Origin: Patescibacteria group bacterium | GTDB lineage: Bacteria; Patescibacteriota; Minisyncoccia; 2-02-FULL-40-12; GWA2-44-9 | DNA: 54,625 nucleotides | Reading direction: 5' to 3' | Assembly: GCA_038061995.1 (NCBI GenBank) | Contig: JBBTYA010000009.1 | Location: 1 to 54,625, forward strand | In this document: positions 18,596-27,882 of the stretch, one piece after another | Numbering within the stretch: the stretch's first letter is position 1 | How the letters are laid out: every line of letters begins with the position of its first letter | Notes under the pieces: generated by a model | Database searches by the model: none | What the model saw: the letters and a program-made list of their open reading frames with translations, nothing else | Told to the model about the DNA's origin: nothing | Translations under genes and position numbers: made by a program

Positions 18596-19237
18596 ATGAA
18601 TGAACCACGTCCGCCTGTTCCTGGGCACGGCTTTACCGACGGAGTTGGTGGAGAGGTGCTCGCCTTTATTTGGGAGACCGCAAAGATCGTTTTGATCTCT
18701 CTTGCCATAATCGTCCCGATTAGGTATTATCTGGTCCAGCCGTTTTTTGTAAAGGGGGAGTCAATGCTCCCGAATTTCCAGGATAAAGACTATATTATCG
18801 TCGATAAGCTCTCATATCGATTGAGCGAGCCCCGGCGTGGTGATGTGGTTATTTTCCGGTATCCGCGGGATCCTCAAGAGTACTTCATTAAGCGCATTAT
18901 CGCCCTTCCTGGCGAAACCATCCTGATCCATAAAGGGAAGATCATTATTTATAATGAGCTCTTCCCGAACGGTGGTGAACTTGATGAATCGCTCTATCTG
19001 CCTAAGGGACTCGAGACACAGCTGTGCTCTATCCAGATGCCCTACCGTCTCGATCAGAACGAATTCTTCGTCATGGGAGATAATCGTGACCATAGCTCTG
19101 ATTCGCGTTGCTGGGGTCCTGTGAATGAGTCGTTCTTGTCTGGCCGCGCTTGGCTTCGCCTGTGGCCACTAGAGCAATCCTTCTTTATTGAAAGACTCAA
19201 CCCGTTCGTGGAGCGCTTAACCGAGCCGCTTCGTTAG
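18596..19237 (+). CDS. lepB: Signal peptidase I
   Basis: GESMLP, RGDVVIF, FIKRIIALPGE, GDNR.HSSDSR.WG. Confidence 0.95.
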   Translation: MNEPRPPVPGHGFTDGVGGEVLAFIWETAKIVLISLAIIVPIRYYLVQPFFVKGESMLPNFQDKDYIIVDKLSYRLSEPRRGDVVIFRYPRDPQEYFIKRIIALPGETILIHKGKIIIYNELFPNGGELDESLYLPKGLETQLCSIQMPYRLDQNEFFVMGDNRDHSSDSRCWGPVNESFLSGRAWLRLWPLEQSFFIERLNPFVERLTEPLR

Positions 19238-19253
19238 CCTTCTCTGCACTCAT

Positions 19254-20552
19254 ATGACTAAACCTAAAAAGGCGAAATCCTACCAAGCGCCACGGGGAAT
19301 GCATGACATTCTTCCAGAAGATCAAAAATACTGGCGCTACCTCCAGAAAAAAGCTGAGTCACTCCTTGAGGACTACGGCTTTGATCGCATTGATACGCCA
19401 ATTCTTGAAGATGTTGATGTATTCCTCAAAGGAGTTGGTGACGCAACCGACATCATCTCTAAGGAGCTGTATACATTAAGCACAAAAGGAGGCGACCGTT
19501 TTGCTTTGCGCCCCGAAGGCACTGCGTCTATTGCACGAGCCTATATCGAACACGGAATGCACGTGCGTCCGCACCCACTCAAACTCTATTATTGGGGAGC
19601 TATGTTTCGCCACGATCAACCACAACGGGGTCGCTACCGTCAGTTTTTCCAATTCGGCCTTGAAACGCTCGGTGATGCATCGGAGGCTGTTGACGCGGAG
19701 CTCATTTTCGTTGGCTGGCGCTATTTAGAGAGCATTGGTCTGAAGGGTATCAACGTGCACATCAATACCATCGGTGACCACAACTGTCGCCCTGCATATA
19801 TCCGCGCGCTTCGTGATTTCTATAAGGCGCGCACAAAGAAGATTTGTGAGTCTTGTCGTGAGCGAGTAAAGGAAAACGTACTTCGCGTATTAGACTGCAA
19901 AGAGGTTGAGTGTCGCGCCATCATGCAGGAAGCCCCGCAGATCATGGATTTTCTCGACGCGGATTGTAAGAATCATTTCCGCCGCGTGATGGAATTTCTT
20001 GATGCTGCAAACGTGCCCTATGTGCTGAACCCATACTTGGTTCGCGGCTTAGATTACTATACGCGTACAGTTTTTGAGTTTATTCCAGAAGATCGCGCCG
20101 ACGGCGCTCCTGTATTAAGTGTTGGTGGCGGCGGACGCTATGACCGCCTCTTAGAGCTTCTCGGTGGCTCAAAGACGCCAGCCGCAGGACTTGCTCTTGG
20201 TCTTGATAGGATCGTTGCAGAACTCAAGGAACGAGAGATTAGTGTTCCAGATGCCGTTGCAAAGCCAAAAGTATTTTTAGTGCAACTGGGAGATGCTGCG
20301 AAGCGTAAGAGCCTGCCACTGTTTGAGGAAATCCGTCGTGCGGGCATCCGTATTAAATCATCGCTTGGACGAGATAGTGTAAAAGCGCAACTACGCATTG
20401 CGCACCGCCTTGAGGTGAAGTACGCACTTATTTTTGGGCAGAAGGAAGCACTTGATGGTACGGTGATTGTCCGTGAAATGGAGACGGGCGTACAGGAGAA
20501 TATCCCACTTGAGAAAATCGTAGATGAGCTTAAAAAGCGTTTGCGCGAATAA
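19254..20552 (+). CDS. hisS: Histidine--tRNA ligase
   Basis: PRGM.D, LRPEGTA, FRH..PQRGRYRQF, LVRGLDYY, GGGRYD. Confidence 0.97.
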   Translation: MTKPKKAKSYQAPRGMHDILPEDQKYWRYLQKKAESLLEDYGFDRIDTPILEDVDVFLKGVGDATDIISKELYTLSTKGGDRFALRPEGTASIARAYIEHGMHVRPHPLKLYYWGAMFRHDQPQRGRYRQFFQFGLETLGDASEAVDAELIFVGWRYLESIGLKGINVHINTIGDHNCRPAYIRALRDFYKARTKKICESCRERVKENVLRVLDCKEVECRAIMQEAPQIMDFLDADCKNHFRRVMEFLDAANVPYVLNPYLVRGLDYYTRTVFEFIPEDRADGAPVLSVGGGGRYDRLLELLGGSKTPAAGLALGLDRIVAELKEREISVPDAVAKPKVFLVQLGDAAKRKSLPLFEEIRRAGIRIKSSLGRDSVKAQLRIAHRLEVKYALIFGQKEALDGTVIVREMETGVQENIPLEKIVDELKKRLRE

Positions 20553-20555
20553 GAT

Positions 20556-20903
20556 ATGACCGATATATTCTGCTCTATTATCTCCGGAGAGATCCCAGCC
20601 GACGTTGTCTTTCGTGACGAAGCGGTTATTGTATTTAAAGACATCCGCCCACAAGCTCCTGTGCATCTTCTCGTGGTGCCAATACGGCACATGGAGGGCA
20701 TTGGTGATGCAGATACCGCGACACTCGGAACGCTTCTTATGGCAGCGCATCGCGTGGCGCATGAGCAGGGACTGGTCGACGGCTACCGTCTCATTGTGAA
20801 TGACGGTGAACATGGCGGAAAGATTGTGCCCCACCTACACATCCATGTGTTGGGAGGCAAACATCTTGGGCCCAAACTAGCTCAAGATTCTGAGGTGGTG
20901 TGA
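20556..20903 (+). CDS. HIT family protein
   Basis: IFC.I..GEIP, DI.PQAPVH.LV, histidine triad HLHIH. Confidence 0.95.
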   Translation: MTDIFCSIISGEIPADVVFRDEAVIVFKDIRPQAPVHLLVVPIRHMEGIGDADTATLGTLLMAAHRVAHEQGLVDGYRLIVNDGEHGGKIVPHLHIHVLGGKHLGPKLAQDSEVV

Positions 20904-20975
20904 TGTAAGCGATGCGCCGTCTTGGTATGGCTCATCGCTTGCGGCACACGCCGCAGGCAAGAAAGGAGGTCTTCT

Positions 20976-21242
20976 ATGGTTGATGTCAAACGAAAACCAA
21001 ATGAAAGTACGGGCAGCCTTCTGCGCCGCTTTTCTCGTTTCGTGCAAGTGAGTGGCGTTGTGGTAAAAGCGAAACAATCACAATTCCGAGCGAAGAAGCA
21101 GAATCTGCGTCGTATGAAAAATAGCGCCATCATGGGCGTGCATTTGAGCACGCTGCGCAAGCGTCTTGAAAAGATGGGCGTCTATTCAGATGAGCGTTTC
21201 GAAGAAGAGAAACGCAAGCTCAAGCAAACAATCAAGTTGTAA
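20976..21242 (+). CDS. rpsU: Ribosomal protein bS21 with C-terminal extension (88 aa)
   Basis: V.VKRK.NES..SLLRRF...V..SG, very basic. Conserved HIT-rpsU-yqeY-ybeY context. Confidence 0.8.
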   Translation: MVDVKRKPNESTGSLLRRFSRFVQVSGVVVKAKQSQFRAKKQNLRRMKNSAIMGVHLSTLRKRLEKMGVYSDERFEEEKRKLKQTIKL

Positions 21243-21290
21243 CGAGTGCCAGGCGCGCCATCTGGCGCGCCGCGCGCTTTCTATGAAGAT

Positions 21291-21785
21291 ATGAGTATCA
21301 CTGAACAGGGGTTGAAGGATGAGCTAAAGGCCGCGATGAAGTCGGGCGATACATTACGCCGCTCTGTTATTGGGCTTGTGATGTCTGTAGCCAAGAATCG
21401 CTCCCTGGAAAAGCGCATGAAGCTGGTAAAGGGCGGAGCAACATCAGAAGACGCTGATGCGCAGAGCGCTCTTTCAAGTGAAGAGCTTATTGATGTCGTC
21501 GCAAGCGAAGCAAAAAAACGTCGTGAATCAATCGCAACATATGAGCAGGCGGGACGTCCCGAACTGGCGCAGGCTGAAAAAGATGAGCTTGGTGTTCTGT
21601 TGGCCTTTTTGCCAGAACAAATGAGTGATGATGAACTGCGAAGCATTGTTGCTGAAGTCGTTGCGGCGGCTGGTACGGTGACAGCGAGTGATCAGGGTAA
21701 ACTGATTGGACAAGTTGTCGCCCGCACCAAGGGCCGTGCAGACGGTTCGCGAGTGAGCGCACTTGTGCGCGAAGCACTTTCTTAG
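21291..21785 (+). CDS. yqeY: GatB/YqeY domain protein
   Basis: LK.AMK.GD, KKRRESI..YE.AGR.ELA..E, FLP.QMS, KGRADG. Confidence 0.92.
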   Translation: MSITEQGLKDELKAAMKSGDTLRRSVIGLVMSVAKNRSLEKRMKLVKGGATSEDADAQSALSSEELIDVVASEAKKRRESIATYEQAGRPELAQAEKDELGVLLAFLPEQMSDDELRSIVAEVVAAAGTVTASDQGKLIGQVVARTKGRADGSRVSALVREALS

Positions 21786-21788
21786 CAC

Positions 21789-22235
21789 ATGACGCCACGC
21801 GTTGATCTTGTTTTTCGCAATGAAGCACGGGTGGTTGGTTTCCCCGCCTCTTTCTTTCAGGCGCTCATCGGACAAACGTTGAGCGCCTGTGGCGTTTCTG
21901 GGCCACGAGGAATAAGTGTGAGTTTGGTAGCGCGCGAGCGCATGCGGGTGCTAAATAAAGAGCACCGCAATGTCGATGCAGTGACCGATGTCCTCTCATT
22001 TCCCCTAGGCGATGGGCCAGAAAATGCGTATACTACACCTGTACTTGGAGATCTCTTCATGTGTGTTTCGTATATCCGGGCCGCTGCAAAAGAAAAAAAT
22101 ATCCCGATACGACGCATGCTTGCATGGGCAACTATCCACGGAACCCTTCACCTCTTGGGGTATGATCACGAGCGATCGCGCAAAGAGGCGAGCACCATGG
22201 AAGAGCTTGAAGAGCGAATTCTTACCGCACTGTAA
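21789..22235 (+). CDS. ybeY: rRNA maturation endoribonuclease YbeY
   Basis: LN..HR..D..TDVLSFP, HGTLHLLGYDHE. Confidence 0.95.
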   Translation: MTPRVDLVFRNEARVVGFPASFFQALIGQTLSACGVSGPRGISVSLVARERMRVLNKEHRNVDAVTDVLSFPLGDGPENAYTTPVLGDLFMCVSYIRAAAKEKNIPIRRMLAWATIHGTLHLLGYDHERSRKEASTMEELEERILTAL

Positions 22236-23482
22236 TGACTAAGCAACCAATTATCACGGGCATAGATGTAGGCAACGCCAATATTAAGGTAGTGGTTGCG
22301 ACAATCGATCCAGAAACATTTCGTCCTGTGGTCATTGGCGCTGGACTTACTCCGTCGCACGGCATGCGAAAGGGTATGGTAACGGACATGGAGGAAATCA
22401 TCCAAAGCGTCCGAGCTGCCGTACAACAGGCGCATGCAACTGCGCAGACTCCTATCCGCCGAACCTTTTTATCAGTGAGCGGTATGCATATGCGGACACA
22501 GGTATCTCGCGGAGTTATCGCAGTATCTCGCGCCGATAATGAAATTTCACAACACGACATCGATAGAGTGATCCAGGCTGCATCAGTGATTAGTCTTCCG
22601 CCGAATCGGGAGATCGTCCACGTTATTCCCCGCACCTTTATTGTTGATGGTACGGAACATGTAAAAAATCCTCTTGGCATGAAGGGTGTACGCCTTGAAG
22701 CGGAGGTCCTTATCGTTGAGGGCATGGCGCCACACATCCGAAATGTGGTGAAGTGCATCAATGAGGCAGGGATTGAAGTTGCTGGATTAGTATACGCACC
22801 CCTTGCCGCTTCTTTGGGGGCATTAGATAAAAATCAAAAAGAATATGGCGTTGTCCATCTCGACATTGGTGGCGGCACCTCAAGTCTCGCAGTTTTTGAA
22901 GAGTCTGACCTTATTCATACGGCCCTGTTCCCGGTTGGTTCTCGACACATCACCAATGACGTCGCTATCGCGCTTCGTACTTCAATGGATGTTGCTGAGC
23001 GCATTAAGCTTGAATACGGCTCAACATCCGATGCGATTGATCTCCGTAAAAAAGATGAGATCGATCTCTCAGAGCTTATCCAAGATGAGCCGCGCATGCT
23101 TCCGCGCAAACAACTCGCACGTGTTATTGATGCACGTGCACATGAAGTGCTCGATATGACCATCGCAGAATTGAAGAAGATTTCTCGTGAAGGAAATCTT
23201 CCCGCCGGCGTTGTGCTTACGGGTGGTGGCGTGCACTTGCCAGGCTTTGCTGCGCTTGCGAAGGAGAAGCTTCGTCTTCCTGTGCGGATTGCGCACTCTC
23301 CGCACGTTGATGGAATGCCAGAGGTTATCGCTGATCCCACTTTTACCGTTGCCTTAGGCCTCGTGCTGTGGGGCCTCGACGCAGAATATGGCTCTGGAAG
23401 AACGCGTTCAAATCCTTTAAGCAGTGACGGGGGAGGGTTTGGAGGGCGAATGATTCGTTGGATCAAAAATTTTCTTCCCTAG
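22235..23482 (+). CDS. ftsA: Cell division protein FtsA
   Basis: GIDVG, GMRKG.V.D, P.GM.G.RLE, DIGGGT, AERIK, GVVLTGGG. Confidence 0.96.
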   Translation: MTKQPIITGIDVGNANIKVVVATIDPETFRPVVIGAGLTPSHGMRKGMVTDMEEIIQSVRAAVQQAHATAQTPIRRTFLSVSGMHMRTQVSRGVIAVSRADNEISQHDIDRVIQAASVISLPPNREIVHVIPRTFIVDGTEHVKNPLGMKGVRLEAEVLIVEGMAPHIRNVVKCINEAGIEVAGLVYAPLAASLGALDKNQKEYGVVHLDIGGGTSSLAVFEESDLIHTALFPVGSRHITNDVAIALRTSMDVAERIKLEYGSTSDAIDLRKKDEIDLSELIQDEPRMLPRKQLARVIDARAHEVLDMTIAELKKISREGNLPAGVVLTGGGVHLPGFAALAKEKLRLPVRIAHSPHVDGMPEVIADPTFTVALGLVLWGLDAEYGSGRTRSNPLSSDGGGFGGRMIRWIKNFLP

Positions 23483-23486
23483 GACT

Positions 23487-23507
23487 CTATCCACAGGGTT
23501 ATCCACA
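23487..23507 (+). promoter_or_regulatory. Tandem DnaA boxes upstream of ftsZ
   Basis: CTATCCACA (one mismatch) and TTATCCACA (perfect), 3 nt apart. Confidence 0.6.
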
Positions 23508-23589
23508 GTAAAAACGAGCTTCCTTGCGCCCGTTTTTCTTTTGTGATAAGACGCACCTACGCTTTTCAGGCGATCTCACTGCCACAGCT

Positions 23590-24762
23590 ATGCCCCAAGT
23601 TAAACCTCAATTTGAAACCTTTGCCCGCATTAAAGTATGTGGCGTCGGCGGCTCTGGTGGCAACGCTCTTGCGCGCATGATCGAGGCACGTATCCATGGT
23701 GTTGAGTTTATTGCGATCAATACAGATGCCCAGGCGCTCCATAACTCGAATGCGCCAGTAAAAATTCATATCGGCAAAAGTCTCACCAAGGGTTTGGGAG
23801 CTGGTATGAACCCGAATGTGGGACGCGAAGCTGCTGAGCAGACGCGCGAAGACATTCTCACCGCGCTCAAAGGAGCAGACATGGTGTTTATCGCGTGCGG
23901 CCTTGGTGGCGGTACTGGCTCCGGAGCTTCTCCTGTTATTGCCGATATGGCGCGCGAAGTTGGAGCGCTTACTGTTGGCGTGGTTACAAAGCCATTCAGC
24001 TTCGAGGGAGCACAACGCATGCGTATTGCTGAAGAGGCTCTTCAGACGTTGCGTGAGCGCGTCGATGCAATCATTGTTATTCCGAACGATCGTCTTCTCT
24101 CAATCATTGATCGCAAAACTCCACTTCTCGAATCTTTCGCCATTGTTGATGATGTGCTGCGCCAGGGTGTCCAAGGTATTTCTGATCTCATCACCATTCC
24201 TGGACTCATCAACGTAGACTTTGCAGATGTAAAGGCGGTGATGTCGAGCTCGGGCTCAGCGCTCATGGGCATCGGCCGAGCGAGCGGTGAAGAGCGCGCG
24301 CTTGAAGCTGCCCGTCAGGCGATCAACTCTCCACTCCTGGAACTTTCTATCGATGGTGCTCGCGGTGTACTGTTCAACGTTACTGGCGGTGACGACATGA
24401 CGATGGCAGAGATTTCTGAAGCTGCCCGTGTTATTACAGAGCATATTGATACCGATGCTAAAGTTATTTTTGGTGCAGTGGTCAGCGACAATCTCAAGAA
24501 GGGCGAGATGAAGATTACCGTCGTTGCTACCGGGTTCGTGAATGGGGGCATTGGTCCAATGCCACAACGTCCTATGACGGGAGATGGACTTTTTGATATT
24601 TTAAAGAAGCCAGAACCTATGTCTACGCAATCTCAAACAACATTGAATGGTTCCCAACCAACAACTGCGAAGGATCCGGTCAAAGAATTTATCGACTCTT
24701 CAGTAGAAGACGATAGTCAGTTTGACATCCCAGCGTTCATTCGTCGGAAAATGCAAAAATAG
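23590..24762 (+). CDS. ftsZ: Cell division protein FtsZ
   Basis: [31 protein letters not shown]-terminal DIPAFIRR. Confidence 0.98.
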   Translation: MPQVKPQFETFARIKVCGVGGSGGNALARMIEARIHGVEFIAINTDAQALHNSNAPVKIHIGKSLTKGLGAGMNPNVGREAAEQTREDILTALKGADMVFIACGLGGGTGSGASPVIADMAREVGALTVGVVTKPFSFEGAQRMRIAEEALQTLRERVDAIIVIPNDRLLSIIDRKTPLLESFAIVDDVLRQGVQGISDLITIPGLINVDFADVKAVMSSSGSALMGIGRASGEERALEAARQAINSPLLELSIDGARGVLFNVTGGDDMTMAEISEAARVITEHIDTDAKVIFGAVVSDNLKKGEMKITVVATGFVNGGIGPMPQRPMTGDGLFDILKKPEPMSTQSQTTLNGSQPTTAKDPVKEFIDSSVEDDSQFDIPAFIRRKMQK

Positions 24763-24975
24763 TCTTGCGCACACATCAAAAGTATTCTCCAACAAGCCCC
24801 CGTGCCTCACGAGGGCTTGTTTTGTCTCATGTTTTTGCACGCGTGCCTTATCAACAGTGCAGATGACCGTGCACTATGGTTCAATAATGGCAGGATTTGT
24901 TCTCGGGAGTTTCTATGTAGCGATGCTCGCACCGTGTCTGTGCGAGCGGTTCCGTCATAGGCTCTCGTATTGTCT

Positions 24976-27810
24976 ATGACTGTACCGTATACACACTTCC
25001 CATCGCCTTCGTCGGAACGGCAATCGGGTAATGGGCATGTTTCCGACGGAGCAAGTGGTTCGGCGATGCCGGTTAGCGCTTCAGGAGGATTATCTTGGGA
25101 GCGCCGCTTTGGCGTTGGCCATCCGTATGACGCGATTACTTGGGAGCACCGCACTGCAAAAATTACGAAAGGCGACGGTACAATAGTTTTTGAACAGCGA
25201 GATGTTGAGGTCCCAGCATTTTGGACCCAAACCGCAACTGACATTGTTGCATCTAAATATTTCCGCGGGAAGAAAAACACACCGCAGCGTGAAACGAGCG
25301 TGAAGCAAATGATTGATCGCGTTGCAAAGACGATTGGTGCATGGGGACTGCAGGGAGGTTATTTTGCGACCCCTCTTGATGCCCAAAATTTTACCTTTGA
25401 TCTCACCTACCTCTTGGTGAACCAGTATTTTTCGTTCAATAGTCCCGTGTGGTTCAATGTGGGCGTTTCCGACCACCCACAATGCTCTGCGTGTTTCATC
25501 TTGGCGGTTGAAGACACTATGCCGTCAATTCTCGAATGGTATCGAGAGGAGGGACTCATCTTCAAGGGTGGCTCTGGATCAGGATTGAATCTTTCTAAGC
25601 TCCGTTCATCAAAAGAACAGCTCTCCAAGGGCGGATACTCTTCGGGCCCCGTTTCATTTATGAAGGGTGCCGACGGCGTTGCAAATACAATCAAATCTGG
25701 TGGTGCGACGCGTCGTGCCGCGAAGATGGTGGTATTGAATGTGGATCACCCAGATCTGAAAGATTTCATTTACGCGAAGAAGTATATCGAAGACATGACG
25801 AGTGCTCTCGTGGCGAGCGGCTTTACGAACAGTCTCGACGGTGACCTGTTTAGTCCCTATACCTTGTTGCCGTATCAGAATGCGAATAACTCAGTGCGTG
25901 TTTCTGACGCGTTTATGCAGGCGGTAGAGGCAGATGGTCCATGGGAGTTTAAGGCCGTTACGACGGGCGAGACTATCGAGCGCGTTGCGGCGCGTGAGGT
26001 GATGGACTGGATCGCTGATGCGGCGTGGCATAGTGCGGATCCTGGTATGCAGTACGATACAACAATTAATCGCTGGCACACGTGTCCGAATACTGGCCCG
26101 ATTACTGCGTCCAATCCGTGCAGTGAGTACATGCACATTGATAACTCAGCATGTAACCTTGCTTCATTAAATCTTCTCAAATATGCGCGCGCTGATGGCA
26201 TCTTTGAAACAGATTTCTTCAAAAAATCAGTCGATACCATCATTCTTGCTCAAGAAATTATTGTTGGTTTCTCATCTTATCCTACGGAAAAGATCGGAAA
26301 GAATGCGATTGACTATCGCCAGCTGGGACTCGGGTATGCGAACCTAGGGGCGCTTCTCATGGTGCTCGGTTTACCGTATGACTCGGATGAGGGCCGCGCG
26401 CTTGCTGGTCAAATTACGTCACTCATGTGTGGTGAGGCATACCGCATGTCGGCAGACATCGCCTCACGCATGGGGCCCTTCGCTGGCTATACCAAGAATC
26501 GTGAGCCGATGCTTCGCGTATTAGACATGCATCGCGCCGCAGCTGATGACCTCTACCGTACTTCGCAAGATACTGGCGTGGCAGACACGGGCCTCGCGCA
26601 CGCGTCTCGCATGGTGTGGCATGAAGCGCGCGAGCTTGCAGAGCAGTATGGCGTGCGCAACGCACAGGTGACCGTACTTGCTCCAACGGGGACCATCGCA
26701 TTCATGATGGATTGCGACACTACGGGCGTTGAGCCCGATCTCGCGCTGGTGAAATATAAAAAACTTGTTGGTGGTGGCATGCTCAAGCTCGTGAATAACC
26801 AAGTGCCTGCTGCGCTTGCGAAGCTTGGCTATAGTGACGCTGATGTACAAGATATTATCGCGTATCTTATGGAGAAAGATACGATCGAAGGTGCGCCACA
26901 TTTGCGCCCCGAGCATCTCGCAGTCTTTGACTGTTCGTTTAAAGCACAACAGGGGACGCGCAGTATTAGTTATATGGGCCACTTGCGTATGATGTCTGCC
27001 GCCCAGCCATTTATCTCAGGCGCGATCTCTAAGACGGTAAACCTTCCAAACGATGCAACGGTTGCTGATGTACGTGATGCGTATATGCAAGCGTGGAAAC
27101 TTGGCTTGAAAGCTATAGCCGTATATCGTGACGGCTCAAAGGGCGTCCAGCCGCTTAACACAAGTAAAGATGACAAGAAGGATCCCGTAGGGGACGTGAT
27201 GGCCGTGGGGACATATCGTCGCGAGCGTCTCCCGAATGAGCGCCCATCGGTGACGCATCGCTTCTCAGTTGCTGGTCACGAAGGATATCTCATTGTGGGA
27301 CTCTATCCTGAGTCGCGTATGCCTGGCGAGGTCTTTATCTCTATCGCAAAAGAAGGGAGTACGGTATCTGGTCTCTTAAACACCATCGCCATTCTTATCT
27401 CGGTTGCTTTGCAATCAGGTGTGCCGCTCGTATCGCTGGTCCGCAAGTTCAAAGACATGGCGTTCACCCCAGCGGGATTTACAGAAAATGAAGATATTCC
27501 GACGGCAAAATCTATTACCGACTACGTGTTCCGGTATATGGGCTTGAAGTTCTTGCCACCCGAAGAACGTGAATCCATTTTTGGTCCTGGTTACGAGCAC
27601 GTAGTGTCGGCGAACATACCTCTTGCCGAAAGTATGGAGAGCACTCAAGCGCCGCTCCCCATTCCTTCGAGTAACAATCACGTGGCAAACCGTCTTGCGG
27701 CTCAAACCAGCGTTGATGCACCTGTGTGTCAGTGTGGTACGCTGATGGTACGAGCTGGTTCATGCTATTCGTGTCCCAACTGTTTTGCGACAACGGGCGT
27801 GTGTAACTAG
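24976..27810 (+). CDS. nrdJ: Class II (adenosylcobalamin-dependent) ribonucleotide reductase
   Basis: FNSPVWFN, QCSACFI, SNPCSEY, ACNLAS, APTGT, AISKTVN, YRDGSK and a C-terminal Cys cluster. No beta subunit nearby. Confidence 0.93.
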   Translation: MTVPYTHFPSPSSERQSGNGHVSDGASGSAMPVSASGGLSWERRFGVGHPYDAITWEHRTAKITKGDGTIVFEQRDVEVPAFWTQTATDIVASKYFRGKKNTPQRETSVKQMIDRVAKTIGAWGLQGGYFATPLDAQNFTFDLTYLLVNQYFSFNSPVWFNVGVSDHPQCSACFILAVEDTMPSILEWYREEGLIFKGGSGSGLNLSKLRSSKEQLSKGGYSSGPVSFMKGADGVANTIKSGGATRRAAKMVVLNVDHPDLKDFIYAKKYIEDMTSALVASGFTNSLDGDLFSPYTLLPYQNANNSVRVSDAFMQAVEADGPWEFKAVTTGETIERVAAREVMDWIADAAWHSADPGMQYDTTINRWHTCPNTGPITASNPCSEYMHIDNSACNLASLNLLKYARADGIFETDFFKKSVDTIILAQEIIVGFSSYPTEKIGKNAIDYRQLGLGYANLGALLMVLGLPYDSDEGRALAGQITSLMCGEAYRMSADIASRMGPFAGYTKNREPMLRVLDMHRAAADDLYRTSQDTGVADTGLAHASRMVWHEARELAEQYGVRNAQVTVLAPTGTIAFMMDCDTTGVEPDLALVKYKKLVGGGMLKLVNNQVPAALAKLGYSDADVQDIIAYLMEKDTIEGAPHLRPEHLAVFDCSFKAQQGTRSISYMGHLRMMSAAQPFISGAISKTVNLPNDATVADVRDAYMQAWKLGLKAIAVYRDGSKGVQPLNTSKDDKKDPVGDVMAVGTYRRERLPNERPSVTHRFSVAGHEGYLIVGLYPESRMPGEVFISIAKEGSTVSGLLNTIAILISVALQSGVPLVSLVRKFKDMAFTPAGFTENEDIPTAKSITDYVFRYMGLKFLPPEERESIFGPGYEHVVSANIPLAESMESTQAPLPIPSSNNHVANRLAAQTSVDAPVCQCGTLMVRAGSCYSCPNCFATTGVCN

Positions 27811-27882
27811 TAACGTATAGAGTATGTGAAGAGCGGGTGAAAGCCCGCTTTTCGATTCGGGAAAGACGCGCTACACTTGTGC

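Noticed and set aside
23487-23507. Replication origin
   Set aside because: Only two DnaA boxes in a ~100-nt spacer, with no AT-rich unwinding region and no dnaA/dnaN nearby.
24763-24975. Cobalamin riboswitch or NrdR boxes upstream of nrdJ
   Set aside because: No recognisable B12-box or NrdR palindromes; only a terminator-like hairpin after ftsZ.
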